Source of the DNA: Vitrella brassicaformis CCMP3155
Lineage: Eukaryota > Protista > Chromerida
Assembly: GCA_001179505.1 (NCBI GenBank)
Contig: CDMY01000718.1
Coordinates: 62,001 to 126,000, forward strand
DNA: 64,000 nucleotides
Direction: 5' to 3'
The translations under genes were made by a program, and so were the position numbers. Every line of letters begins with the position of its first letter. The first letter of the stretch is position 1. This document shows, piece after piece, positions 11,601 through 25,323 of the stretch. The notes under the pieces are model-generated. The model saw nothing but the letters and a program-made list of their open reading frames with translations, made no database searches and was not told the DNA's origin.

Positions 11601-14600
11601 TCACCGACAAAGGCTGCACAGACGCACATACGACAAGACGTGTACGTTGATGAAGTCGGTGAAGTTTCAAATATGTGACCTCGGCTTTCCCAGTGAGGAC
11701 CGAGAGGCCCAAGACTTGACCAATCCCGACCAAACCCATTGTAATTCCCTGGAGAGGCACATGTAGAGCCCCAAAGAACAGGCCAAATGTTTACAAAGCA
11801 CCAAGGGCGCCTTCTCTGCTGTGTCCCTCTGACCCCAGCGTAGCTTCCTGACACGACCTTGCCCTTCTCCTCTTCTGCACCCTCCCCGATCTCCCCTCCT
11901 TCAGCCTCGCTCGTCACAACAGGCAGCGGCCCCGAATCTCCCCCACCGGTCAGCGTGTTCATCCGAACAATTCCCCTCTCCTGACTGGCACTGCTTCGCA
12001 GCACCTGCTTGTTCACGGTGAGGTTTGCTGGGTTCGTGAAGGTTGTTTGGGGACCGGGCAGACGTGGAGGCTGGTTGGCGTGGCACATGAGCCGGCACTG
12101 ACCGTCACGTATAAGGTAGAGGCGGTTCGCGGGAGTGCCCTCTTTCAACAGGACTCTGCCATGATGGAATGTCTCCTGCATGCGAAAGAGGGGCATTTAG
12201 ACTCACAATGATGAGGCCTGGCGTTCTCGTACTTGTTTGAAGTAGTAGGAGAACTTGCTGATAAGGTCGAGACGCAATGTGGGCCCTGTAGGCAGCCATT
12301 TGCGAAGGAAACTGCACTTCTCTTGATGCTGATTCGACAAGTCAGCCTGCAGACAAGACAAAGTGATCAGGCACCAACATAATGGTGCACAGAGCTGTGT
12401 CTCTCCTGTCTTACCGCAAAGATTCGATTAAAAGCGTTCTTGTCAACAACAAGAAACTCGCATGGCGTATGAGTCCTGGTGCAGGGAAGAGCACGGAGGG
12501 CTCACAAGCATCTCACCTCCCTGTCTGTCACTTGTGTACATGATAGTAGCAGCACGCTTGGCGTTCTCCAGCAGCCCCTTCTCGCCAAAGCTCTCCCCCT
12601 CCATAAGTGTTGTCACGCAATTGAATCCCTGCAGCCGAGGACCGCTCTCCACATTCCCCTTTCGTGCAGCTTTTTTGCCTGCCGCCTTTCGCTGTCCCCT
12701 GCCCTTCTCGGCCGTGCCGGCGGCTATGTTGAGGAGGGAGTTGCGATTCTTTGTGACAGCCTTTGCTTTCCCCCATTTTCCCTTCGCTTGGGGTTTGCTA
12801 GAGGAGCCGCGGGTAGCTTCTTGGCTGTCTGCGTCTTGGCCCTCCTCGCCCGCTTCCTTCCTGCAAAGGCGGTGGACTGCAGTAGGTGTCTTGTTTCTTT
12901 TTTTGTGTGTGTTTGCCTGTACTTACTCGTTGGCTGCGTCAGGTTGGTGGGCAGTTGGCTCTCTCGAGGCAGGACTTGACGCTGCGACCGACGAATGCGC
13001 TGACGAAGAATGACGAGAACCTGCAGACATATGGAAGCTGATTTGCATTCTCTACGTGACTGAAGCTGATGACCTTTCATCAGGTGCAGTGTGCTGATGG
13101 CTGCGTCAAGCGCTGTCTGCGCTGTCTTGAGCTTCGATGACAGAAAAGAATGCTCAACGCGATCGTCGATGCTCAGCTGAAGGGGACTCCGCGTCAAGAG
13201 TGACCAGCGGGGCTCCGCCAAGGCCCGCCTGTTGCAGTATGACAAGGGCGTACGAAGTGTGGATGTCTGATTATGTGTGCCATCTCACCGTAAGGTCTTG
13301 ACGTCATTGCTCAGCTTCTTGATATGCTCTTCACATGCTTGGATCTTGTCGACAGCTTCCCTGCATGCATAGAGCGAAAGCCAATCAAAGCCACCGTTGC
13401 TGTCGTGTCTCTCTCTTCCCCTTTACCCATCGACCATGCTCCTGAGCACAAGTGCGCCGTCCGCTCCTGTGACGGTAATGCCGCTCACCGGCGGACGCGC
13501 CGTACTCCCAGCGCTCTCCCCTTCTCGGTGTGTCATGCCTCCGTCAAGCTGTGTCATGAATGTCGGTTTGGACGGGGGACCCTTCAGCTGAGGAATGGTG
13601 GGTATGGGAGGCAGTGCAGGTGTCGCGACCGACTGGCGGGCCCCGCCTGCACGCGGCGGAGGTGGCGGAGGGCCGGGATGGGGGCCGGTTTGGTTGTTCG
13701 ACGGCTGGTCCGGCTTCTGCCTGATGTAGACGCCTACGAGCCCTTTGAGGATCATGTAGAAGTTGTCAGCTTCGTCGCCCTGGTTAAAGAGGATGGTCTC
13801 TCTGGGCAGATGGCGGTACGACATCAGCTGACACACCTCAATCTGAAAGCACAAAGGCATGAAAGGCAGTGCAATGAGCACTGAGGCACCATTGTGTACC
13901 CGCATGGCAGGGGACAGGTTCTGGAAGAAGGCGTTGTTTTTTATAAGCTCAAGCAGACTGGTCAGCTCCACTGGTGTCCGCATGCCAGCCGTACGCTGCT
14001 TCAGGACGGTAATGGCCATCTCGCGATGAGATGTCTCCTGCAGTGCGAGAGGAGCCGGTCGTCTTGGACAGTAATGGCGTGTCACGATCGTCTCACCTCT
14101 CTGTGCTGCTTGAGAATGCGGTTGTATGCTGACTTTCCCAGGGACGCAAACTCGCAGTCTGTGTGACAAACAATGGTCGCTGACCTGCAGGAAGGAGACA
14201 CAGCGCAATCCGACTTCTGCCCTCTGGTACCCTTTACTCATCTACCCTACCTCCGCTTGTCCTGTCCCAGCAGCGCCCACTCCCCGACGGCTGCTCCCTT
14301 TTCCATGTGTGCCACACACATCTTTCCCTCCAGCAGCACTTCGACAGCCACCGAGCCGTCGGTTTTGCGGCGGTCGGAAATGCCTGTGGAGCGGCGCCTG
14401 CTGCCGCGGCGCGCTGGTGTGGGAATGCCGACCTGCATTGGGTCTTTCTTTTCTAGCCCCGTGTCGACGTAGACGCCCACCGTGCCGTCGAGAATGATGA
14501 AGAAAGAGTCAGCGACATCGCCCTGACGAGGAAAATACAGCAGGCCACCGCGGTGTACGAAGAGAGGAAAAATGTCCGTGCGAGACCTGGTGAAACAGGA

Positions 14601-17600
14601 TTTCTTTTGCATTCAGTGCCCGGTGCTCCAGCGCCCGACAAATGTCTAATCGGACTTTGTACGAAAGGCCCTTGAACATGTCGTTTTGGTTGATCAGCTC
14701 GTCCAGAGACGCCAGGTCAGCGCTGAAGGCAAGAAGACACGGCAGTGAGCCTTGTGTGGATACTTTCACGTGCTGACCTTGTCCGTTCGATAGCAGGTTT
14801 GGTCTTTAGGATGGCTATGGCTTGCGTCTGCGCAACACCCTCAACAGTCTGACAAAGAGACAAGCAAATGCTTGGCTCGCTGCCGGTCCAATGCGCTTTG
14901 TTCCTCACCCCCGCGACAAACGCCAGTATCCTCTGGAACTCCTGCCGCTTAAGAATCATGACGCGGCACCTCGACAGCGCCTTGACAGACACCTGCCGCT
15001 TCTCCTCTTGCACCAGGCCCCACTCACCAAAGCTCTCGCCCTCCTCATATTCGCCCACTTGGAGACCGACCTGAATGCGTGTACTTGACGTGAGGAGAGA
15101 GACATGGAGACGCGATATGGCTTACCCTTGCTTCTTGTACCCGACTGACAGTTCCTTCGCTTGCTGGCACAGATAGCGCAGAAACGACAGATCCCCTTGT
15201 CGATGACTTGCGCACAGCATGGATAGATGGAGATGTCCGACTCCTCTCGGCATACTGTCGCTTCTCCCCTCTCTCGACGTGCTTCATGTCGTCAATCATT
15301 TCGATGGACACACGCTTGCTCGATCTTTGCTGCGCTGTCTCTTCGCTGTCACCGTCTGGCCTCTCCGCTGTGCCTTCTTGCTTCTCCTTCTTCTCCATCC
15401 CGATGACAGAAGCGACACGTCTGTAGCCTTTGTAGTCACGAATGCTCTTCTCATCGACACCGACAGACCCTCGTCTGTGTGTGATGACATTATCTGCTCT
15501 CTGAGAGGATCTCTCGGTAGTGTGTTGAGGGCGATCGAAGGCGTGAGGCATCAGCTTGAGGATGCGGCTGATCTTTCGTACGGCCTCCTTCCACTTCTCC
15601 CGCCAGTTGCGACGCTTGAAGACACCGGCTCGACCACTGACCAAAGAAGCAGCTTTAACAAGGATCAATCTGTGTGGATGCACTCTCGTCTTACGCGAGG
15701 ACCAGGAAGAATGTGTCACCCGTCTGTCCCTCCTCTGATAGAACCTCTCCCTTCTCGAAGGTCCTCAGCCGCAACACTTTGCACAGCTCTCGTCTCGTGC
15801 GGCGCCCCAGCGCATTGAAGACGCGACGCGTCTCTATCTGAAGAAAGCAAGCAAAGGTGGATTCTGGCCAGTGAGTGTTCTCGCAGGTGAGTGAGACAGC
15901 AAAATTCTTACGAGGCTGTCGAAAAGCTCAATCTCTGGCGGTCCTCGTTGTTCAGGTAGTCTGTTCTTGAGTAGTGCTCCAGCTGCCTCCAGCAAACACC
16001 GGCGGCTGCGATGGTGACGCAGATATCTATGAACAGAAGGAGGAATAGCATGTGCGTGTCTGGCATTTTGCATTATGCCTGATGTAGGTGACTCGATCGA
16101 CCGTCAGCACGATCGCTGATGTAATGGCCACCACGTATCCCAGCCTTGGGCCGTCTCGAGCCAGTGCCCACTCGCCAAAGGCATCGCCTGATGGCGACAT
16201 TCTTGGGTAGCGATTCGGTGAAGGTCTGTGCGTCTAACGCGTCTTACCCTCCTCGAGTAGGGTAATAAGCTCTAGGAAGCTTTCAATTGGCTCTCCCTCC
16301 TCTGTGTATGGCATCGGACCGGCAGCGCTGGCTGCCGATACACCAGAGATACTCGACGCAGCGTCAGCATGATCCTACATAACACACAGCCCACACATCT
16401 GCGCAAATGTGCACAATTATGTCCCTGCAGGCCTTACCCCTTCGTTGTCCCTGCCTTTCCTCGCTCCAGAGATACTCTCCGGACTGACTTCCCCCTCAGT
16501 GCCTTCCTCCTCTCCGCCACCGCTCAGGCTGCAATAGGCGCCCAGGACGCCATTGAGCGGCAGATAGAAGAAGTCCGCTTGTGCACCGTCTTCTATGATC
16601 ACATCATGCTCGCTCACGGACCGCACCCCCACAAACTGGGAGACCTCTAAAAGGGTTGATCGGGGGATCGCGTTGAAAGGAGACATTGTCTCCAAAAAGT
16701 CAGACAGAAGCTTCAGGTCCTGCATTGCTCTGTGACATATGAAGCAAGGGTAGTTGTGTGGATGCCTCATCTCTCTTTCTGTCTCGTACCTGTCCTGGGG
16801 GGACCTTGATCTCATGATGTCCAGTGCAGCGCTCTTTTTGACGGCCAGGCTCCGAGCCTCCTTCAACACAGACTGGTAGAAATCCTTGGACACCCACAAA
16901 AACTCACACCTATTAGAGACAGACAATAAGGACCGCTTTCCAGAGCTCTTTGCTCCTTGACTTACGGAGACAGGGTCCGAATGGTGGCAGCCCGCCTCTC
17001 GTTCCGAATCAAAGCCCACTCACCAAAGGAATCGCCCTCACTCAGATCAGCCAGATGCTTCTCGCCTTCCTTCGCTGCCGGGTGCAGCACTGCTTGGACG
17101 TCTCCTCCCTCCATGACAGCTTCATCGTCTCCCCTCTTCTGCCTTGGTAAATCAGCGAACACACTCACAGTGCCTGAACCGACAGAGACACGTCATTGAA
17201 ACGAATGCGTTGCATGTTGCGGACCTTTTAGAACGAGATAGAATGCATCTCCTTCATCTCCCTGGTGAAACAGCTCTTCTCGTTCTCGCTTTTCGAGAAA
17301 CCTCAACTCACGACACACTAGCTGACGGACGGCCACGCTCAAGGAACGAAAGAACTTGTTGCCACGGACAACCTAAGACAACAAAAAGGCATCAGCGTTC
17401 TTCGTGCGTGTGATCGTCGTTTTCCATATACACCATGAACAAGACTTCAATGTCGTCGCGACTTCTCTCTTCGGGCGCCTTTGACCTCAGGATAGTCTTT
17501 GCCTCTTCGAGCACAGTTGCATCGATTTTCGTGAAGCTGCCGGGCCTTTCAGAGGCGCCCGTCGCTTGCCGAGCGATGATCTTCCTGACTTGTCCCTCTT

Positions 17601-18165
17601 CACCAGACTCTGCCGACGAACTTGTCGCTGCACAAACAACCAAATGTGACAAGGCAAACAAAACGAAAGGGGGGGCTGGGTGCGGACCAGATGAAGACGA
17701 TGACGGCAAGAAGGCGTGTTCATTGCACACTCGATGCGCTATGTTAGCTGGCAGATCCGATGCCCAGGGGGTCGCGCTCTTGTCCTTGGTCAGCGCGAGA
17801 ATTCGGTGCTGAAGGGCCAAATTCTAAACAGACAAGCAAATGAACAACAGAGGTGTCTTCATCGGCCACTAGACAGCTTTCTTTCTTACCTGCGCACTGC
17901 TTGCCTTGCACCTTGTGCTGCCCTGTCGTTTCAACAGCGGTCGGTGTCCATCAGCTTGTGGGCTTGAGGCGCCAGCGATTCGCTGCGCTGATGCAACGAC
18001 TGAAACGAGGCTGCTGATGCGAGGGCTCCTCGGACTCATGGTCGGCGAGTGCACGGCCGGCAGGGACTCGGAAGTCCCATGATGTTGTTGGGTGGTGCCA
18101 TGATGTTGGGTGGGGGAAGAGGGGAGAGATGCCGAAGGAGTGGGGGGGACAGGAATTCGCAGCAT
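8692..18165 (-). CDS. Very large multi-exon protein with about six cyclic-nucleotide-binding domains and a long low-complexity C-terminus
   Basis: Repeated CNBD motifs: LFHQGDEGDAFYLVLKG...SFGEWALIRNERRAATI; IIEDGAQADFFYL...AFGEWAL; SFGEWGLVQEEKRQVSV; LFHQGDVADSFFIILDGTVGVY...VGEWALLGQDKRRSATI; LFNQGDEADNFYMILKGLVGVY...SFGEKGLLENAKRAATI; LLKEGTPANRLYLIRDGQCRL. The 3' end (8692 versus 8777) and the exact exon set are uncertain. Confidence 0.85.
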
Positions 18166-18456
18166 TCCAAGATTCAAAGCACAGAGGTCATCCAGCAGCA
18201 GCGATGATCAAGGGAGGAGGGGGGAGGGAAAGAAAATACTGCTAAGCTCGCAGTTGGGCGATCCTCTCACAACACCCCGCCATCGCTGATTCGGCGCATG
18301 GTGTACTGCGATGCTCGCACCATGCATCTGCACTGAAACACACGAAAAAGAAGCACTCTCTGCGAAGCGATCAACGGCAAAAGACAACGAAAGACTCACG
18401 AACCTGGGGCACAACAGCATCTGTGATTGTCAATCTGCTCGCTGGGACGACATTCA

Positions 18457-21209
18457 ATGATAAAGAGCGCCGATCTCTCTCCCTCGGCTCTCGTCGGACT
18501 GCTTCGTGAGCTCAAGATCCCCACATGGGTGTTGGTTGCAGCGTGCGGGACTGCCTCAGTGGCTGCTATCTATGCATATCTGCTGGACTTGAACCGGCGC
18601 AGAAGGGAGCATTTCAAGGTACGTGTACAGTTGATGAATGGACAGACCGCTCATTCGATGCGCTGTGTGCGTGTTTGTGGCAGGACACGCCGCAACCCGA
18701 TAATGAGCACCCACTTCTCGCGGGCCTGCCCGTCACACGCAGGTGACGCGGAATCCTCTGAAGGACTCTCGGGGGAGACCACTAAATGACTCACTTGGTT
18801 GTTCGTTTCTCTGTCCAGGGTGTTTGGCAGCTCGACGAACCAGTCGCAGGGCATCCAGGAGCTGTCTGACAAGCTTGGTCCCACATGGGGCGTGCGCATG
18901 CCTCTGTTCCTCCCCGGCTTCAGCAAACAAGGTACCAAGGACGCCGCCTGCCCCACTTGACTGACCTTGCGCTCACTGTGCTGTGTTGCCTGTCGATTTC
19001 ATCAGAGTTCATTCTGTTCACGTCCGATCCGGCCATTATCAGCGAAGTGCAGGCCAAGAAGGACATTTTCCACAGCAGGCCAAAGGTGGGCTTCCACTCG
19101 ATCATCCCGCAAGGCTTGCTGGCCCTCCGTGCGGACAAGGGGCAGTGGCAAACGCATCGGCGGCTCATTGCGCCTCTCTTCAGCGACAAGTTTTTGGCTG
19201 GTAAGCGTTGTCGTTGCCAGAAGAGGAGAGATGTGATGCATCGCGCCTGTGTGTGTGCGGCGTTTGTTCAGCGTATGGGCCGACACTCTACGAGAAGAGT
19301 GCGCTGCTGCACGATTCTCTCCTCCAGCACTTCAATGACAAAGTCAAAACGAAAGCGGTACGTGCACCAGAAGAGATGGGACGAACGTGCATTGACGCAC
19401 ACACATGTTTTTCTTTTTTTTCGTGTCGTGTCAGTTTGATGTGCAAGAGTGCCTGAACTTGGTCACGTTGGACATCATCACGTCGATCGGTTTTGGTTTA
19501 GAGAAGGCTGACTCTGTGCGCGCGCTGCTGCCGCCGGATAGCCCACAAGCACTCAAGCCGAATGAGGTACGGATGTGCGTGCGTGTGGCTCGCATCACGC
19601 CCACGGGTGTATGCGTGTGCGCATCAGTTGCGTTCTGCTCTTGGATTCAAGCGGTGAGTTGGTCGGAAGCAGTGATCATTGACTAGTGCACTTACGCTTT
19701 TATGTGTCCCTGTGTGCCTGTCTTGGTAGGGCCTCTGACGTCTTGCTCGACGAGGTCATGAAGCGGGTGGCAGAGCCATCAGTCGCACGGTGCGAGTCGC
19801 ACTGAGCACATCACACTATACACACATCCACGAGTGTGTCTGCTTCCCTCTCTCTGCGTGCCGACAGGTTTTGGCCGCCGAGATACATCCGCTATCTCTC
19901 AGCGTACGCAATGGCAACCAAGCGTGTGTACGAGGTGTATCGTCACAAGGGTGACTCAGTCTCATCTGATGCATCGGGGCGCGGAAGCAAGGATTTCAAC
20001 ATGCTGATCGCTCTCAAGAACGCACAGGGTAGGTCAGGCAGCGCACACCCATCCACACACCCATCCATCCATCCATCCATGCGTGTGTGTGTGTGTGTGT
20101 GTGTGTGCAGAGGGCGGACAGCACATGACTATGAAAGAGGTCAAAGATGAAATCATTACCTTGATGATTGCCGGTGAGTCGGTCGCTGAGAGGGAGGGAG
20201 GAACAGAGGCAGGCCTGATGGTGGTACTGGCTGTTGGTGTGCTCACTCAGGTCATGAGACGACTGGCCTGACGACGTCGTGGGCCTTGTATGAGTTGGCG
20301 GCCAACCCAGATGTGCAAGACAAAGTCTACAAAGAGGTCAGTCAGGAGAGAGATGCGCACGTGAGTGACCACGAGGCAGGTGCACTGCACCGAGTGTGTT
20401 GCATCTGCTCGTACAGGTCAAGGACGTGGATCTCAAGTCGCTATCGCTGACCGAAGTCAAAGACAAGCTGCCCTACACATACATGGTAGGGGGCACCGGA
20501 GCTCATACGCCAGCAGCCGCACACCATTCATCTGTCCGTCTCTCTCCCCTTCCCACACAGACATTCCAAGAGGCTCTGCGTCTGCACCCCACCGTCAACA
20601 TATTCCCGCGAGAGGTACATGCACTTTAATTGCTGCTTTGGCACATACATAAGTCAGTCGTGCAATGCTATCTATGGGTTCCTTCCGTTGCATTGCAGGC
20701 GTCTGAGGATGTTGTGCTGGGCGGCAAGTATCGTCTCCCTGCAGGGTCCCGCATTCTGATCAACCAGCAGGCGCTGGCCTGGAACACGGAGCTGTGGGGG
20801 CCCGATGCCAAGAAATTCAAACCAGAAAGGTGCGTGGCGTGCGACAAACAGAGAGGGCAGGAAAGGCAATCAACGAATGTGCTCGTGTGTGTGTGTGTGA
20901 ATGCCTCTCAGGATGCAACGCCCCGATTTGGCCGACCTGGACAATTACTTCCCTTTCGGCTTTGGCCAAAGGTATTGAGCATCCACCGAGTGACACACGC
21001 ACACGACGCACGTACTCTTTATGTGTCCATCCAGGACGTGCATCGGCAAGCGGCTTGCCTACGTCGAAGGCGTCTTCCTCCTTGCGCACATGCTGCAGGA
21101 CTTCCATCTGGCCGTGCCGTCAGAGTTCGCCCCGCGATACGAGGTGCGAGTGACGCTGCGGAGTGCAGACGGCACCACGCTGCTGCTAACGCCAAGGGCA
21201 CACGATTGA
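18457..21209 (+). CDS. Cytochrome P450 monooxygenase
   Basis: N-terminal membrane anchor, C-helix W..HRR, I-helix LMIAG|HETT, K-helix EALR, KPER, and heme motif PFGFGQR|TCIG (FxxGxRxCxG), all assembled across GT-AG introns. Confidence 0.95.
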
Positions 21210-22339
21210 ACCAATCCGACTGAGGCCTCGAGCGTTTGCCGTGCCTCGAGAGGAAGCATGCAAATGTCTCCTTTTTCCGTAGGGGTAAGCGGGGTGGTGG
21301 AGTGCGCTTCATGTCATGGTGTTTTTGTATGTCGGTACTGGTCCAGGCAGGACTGTGCAGGTGTACCCAGTGTGAATGGGCAGACACACGTTGTTTGGTG
21401 AATGGCAATTTGGCAGCATACATAGAAAGATCTGCTCCCTAGCTTGCTCCCTAGCTGCCCTGGTCTGCCCCCTAGTAGGCCTGCGTGCTGGACATTTGTG
21501 CGCTGCTTATGTATTGTACGGACGGGCAGAAGGGAAGACGAGGCTGACCGTCACACGCATCATGTCTCCTTGAAGACTCCTTCACACGCATCACGTCTCC
21601 TTTCTGTCAATAATGTTTACTTTCGGCATTCGACGAAAGACCAGGGTTTCTGGAAAAAATGCCAGATCTGTCGGCAGCGGTGGGCGACACATGCGATGTG
21701 ACAGTGCTTTGTCTACCACACCTACCTGCCTCCTGACGTGAGGGCTGGTGATTGTATTGTGCCCCGTGCGTGTGTGTGTGGTGTGGGATGGGCCGCGTCA
21801 GCCGACACACAGCGGCAACATTAAGACATCCCGCCAGCCAGCTTTAAAGCTGCGTACTGTGCTGTCTTCCGGTGTGCGCTCGGCAGACAGCCCAGCGACA
21901 CCCACACACAGACACACACCAGAATGGCAGCGATAGGCAGCACTTCAGCACCACCAACACACACTCACAGCCCCGATGATGGCACGAAGTGTCTCTTTTC
22001 CCTCTCCGTCCCTCTCCAATTTGCTCAAGCAGTTGCCGACCAGAAGGGCGGCGGAATGGGTGAGGCGCACACCTGTCCACCGCAGTCATGGGCAAACACA
22101 GCCGCCAGGCAGACAATGGCATACCAGGCCTCGATCCATCCATCCATCCATCCGTCCACGAAGCGGCCATGCGACAGACACACATTACACCGTCCCTCGC
22201 TCCCTCTCTGTCTACGGGGTGTGAGTGTTACGGCAGGATGCTGCTGTGTCATGTCGTATGCTCTCGACACAGCCTGGAACACACATCAGCACACACACAG
22301 ATTATGTGAAGGCAATGATGCATTGCTCTGCCTTACCCT

Positions 22340-25323
22340 CTAAGAGCGACGCGTTGCAGCCAGCTCAATGCTCCCTGTCCATCGTCTCTCACGTGTGTCG
22401 ATGGTGAAGTTGTCGCCGACCGCTGTGCCGGTGGGAAGGTGCTGTTGAATGGCAGCGCGAGTGGCTCCGCTGCCCCACACATTAAGCGTCAAACACTCCA
22501 GGCCCCGCACGGCATCCACAATGGATGAGATGCCGCCTCAACAGCCCCAGAGGGCTCCAACTCGTCGGGCACTGAGGAAGGAACAACAGACACACAGCAG
22601 CAATGCACACACACAAGAGGAGCCAGCCAGTATCGTTTGTTGCAGAATATTGCCTACATGACAACCCCATGTCTATGCGGCCCATCGATGGGAAGCTGTC
22701 CGACCCCCAGCCGTCCAATGCACCCCCAGTGAGACTGACCGAAGGCCCCCGATGGCCCACATCAACAGTGCCCACTTCCCTCTCCGCGCCCATCGCCCCC
22801 AGCACGGCCCTGCAGTCCTCTGCCCTCACAGCTGAGTTGAACTCCACCAGCTCCACCTCCCTGGGCATCTTCTGGGCCAGAAGCCGACCCGCAGCACCGC
22901 CAAGAGCACTGTTGATTTCCATCGAGCTTCGGGAATAATAGAGCTGTCGGGATCTTGGGAACTGCTGCAGGTGGTTGATGATGGTGGGCTGAGGTGAGGG
23001 GGCGCCGGGAGGGGGGACGAAGCCATGGGCGTTGAAGACACACACCGACTCCACGTTGTCGAATGTGAGTGTCTTGGCGATGTCGATGGCCGCCTGGCTG
23101 GGGCTGTCGACGGGGTGAGTGAGGCTATGCTGGCTGATGGTGTAGCTGATCTGTGCCGCCTGCCGGACCAGTGTCTGGATGGCCATCTTGTAGAAGCGGG
23201 ATGGGTGGGAGGGGAATTTGTCGGCATTGAAGAGGGACAGGTCGAAGCGGTGCTGCTCGGACAGCTCCCAGGCCCCTGGTGTCGACGTCACAGTAATGTT
23301 CGCGTTGGGCGTGCAGCATTCCTTGACGAGGCTGTCGACTGCGAGCAGGGAGTCGATGGCCGTGTGGTCGCCGAGCGGTGGGATCTGCACGTCGAGCTCT
23401 TTGAGCGACTTGCGGCAGCCACGAGATGTGAGCACATCCTACAAGACAAAAAACACAAAGACGTGACGAGCGTATCCACAGGATCGTGTGCGGCCTCTCT
23501 TGTGTGTGATGGCTGCCTACCTTGAGCTGCTCAACTCCCCCCTGGTACTCCTCGTGTGTCTGTCCATCCCGATGCTCAATCAGCCCGATACTCTGCAGCT
23601 GACTCAGCGGCCCCTGCTGCCCCTTTTCAGCCTTGGGGATGTGCTCGAACAGACTGGCCCACTGCTCACCCACCAGATAGCCGCCCACGCGCTGCAGACA
23701 CCGTGACGAGCTAATGAAGCTGCCCAACTCATCCGGCCCCCACCCTGTCTGCTCCACTGTCTCGAGTGACGGCATGCGCCAGCCTCTGTTGGCCAGCTCA
23801 CCGTGCTGGCGGACGGCTCCTGCGACGGCCTTGAGTGAGGGGAGGGTGGGGGGCTCGGTGAGGCGAGGAGGGAGAGGGGGACGCTGCCGCCTCAGCTGAC
23901 GGCCCTCCGCCGCACTCATCCGCACCTCTTCGAATGCGATGGTCTCCAGCCGACTGGCCGACGGTCGCACCTCGGAGGGCCTCTGGGTGGCGGGGGCATC
24001 TCCCTGCGTGTCGGGATGGTCGGTGTCGGGAGGCGGCTGAGTGGGGGCGGGCGGGGCGGCCGTGGTCTCAATGATGGTCACCAGCACGTCACCGCACCAC
24101 ATGGGGTGATGCTCAGGGCGGTACTGGCGAGGGTGGCAGAGGGTGATATGGGTGAGGCCGGTGAGCCGTGCTGCCATTCGCTTGACGAGGTCGAGAGGGA
24201 TCTTCTGCCAAAAGGTGCGGCCCTCGGTCGGCGATCGCCAGCAGTGCTCGTCGCCCTTGGCGCAGTCCATGAAGAGTCGTGTGTGGCTGGGGGCCGCCTT
24301 TGCCCACATCTGCCTGGTGCTCTTGGCCAGCCGCTGGGAGAGGGGGACGAGCACATGAAGGGGCAGACACTCCATCACCAACGAACAAATCTGCACAACA
24401 CACACAGAGGCAGGGATGGGTGTGTCTGTATGTCCGTCATTCACTGCAGATCCCCTCTGGCTGGTCTCACCGTTTCTATGCGCTGCTGCTGCTCTCCGTC
24501 GCCCGCCGCTGCACCGTCCTCTACAACACTAGCACCACCACTACCAGCACCAGCCGGGCTGTCAACCACACGCGCGCGCTTGTTGCCATCACCAACACAC
24601 ACCTGGACAGACAGACGCAGCCCTGGTCCACGTGTGTCAGTGTGTCTGTCTGTGTCTGTGTGTTCGTACGGCTTTGGAGTGCTGCCCTTCTCTGTTGGTC
24701 TCGCCCGAGCTCACAGCGCCGCCCACGCGATGGATGCACCGAAACAACCTCCCGTCGCCATCAGAGCCCTGACCACACACACACCAAGCTCTCCTCTAGA
24801 TGTGTGTCTGATGGGTGTGCGTACCTGTTGCTGATGCGGTGGTGTGTGGGTCTGATTGTGCGGGACGACCTTCTGGAACGGCTCCCGCACCCCGTTGACC
24901 GCCTCCACCGCCCTCAGGTACACCACCGTCCCTCCCTCAGTCGGCTGCACGAGATACACCTCGGCCAGCGCCATGCCCCTCTTCTGGACAGTCGACACCA
25001 TCCACAGCCGAGTGCCCTCCTCGTAACTCTGAGGGCCACGGCGGGACGCCAGCTGCACAACACACAGACAGAGGCAACGGAGGAATGAGTGAGTCTGTCA
25101 GTTAGTCGCTGCAGATCCCCCCTTGGTCGGCCTCACCTCTTTAGTGCGCTCTTGGACTTCTTCATCGCTGGCCGCTACACCATCCTCCACACCACTACCA
25201 GCACCAGCAGCAGCAGCCGAAGCACCCCTCTGCCGGTGAGAAACAAGCAGCAACGGGCAATAGGACAATCATCACTCCGCTGCAGCCGACTTGCGTCACC
25301 TTCGCGGTTTCCCTCTCAGACAT
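22340..25323 (-). CDS. Lineage-expanded family protein (copy 1): N-terminal beta-rich module, F-box-like segment, divergent repeat region; last exon frameshifted relative to copy 2
   Basis: Long ORFs 23125-24444 and 22482-23435 are closely similar in protein and DNA to 37956-38756 and 36900-37952 (shared MLTSRGCRKSLKEL, QPTIINHLQQF, ANRGWRMPSLETVEQTGWGPDELGSFISSSRCLQRVGG). The F-box-like call for ICSLVMECLPLHVLVPL is inference. Confidence 0.7.
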
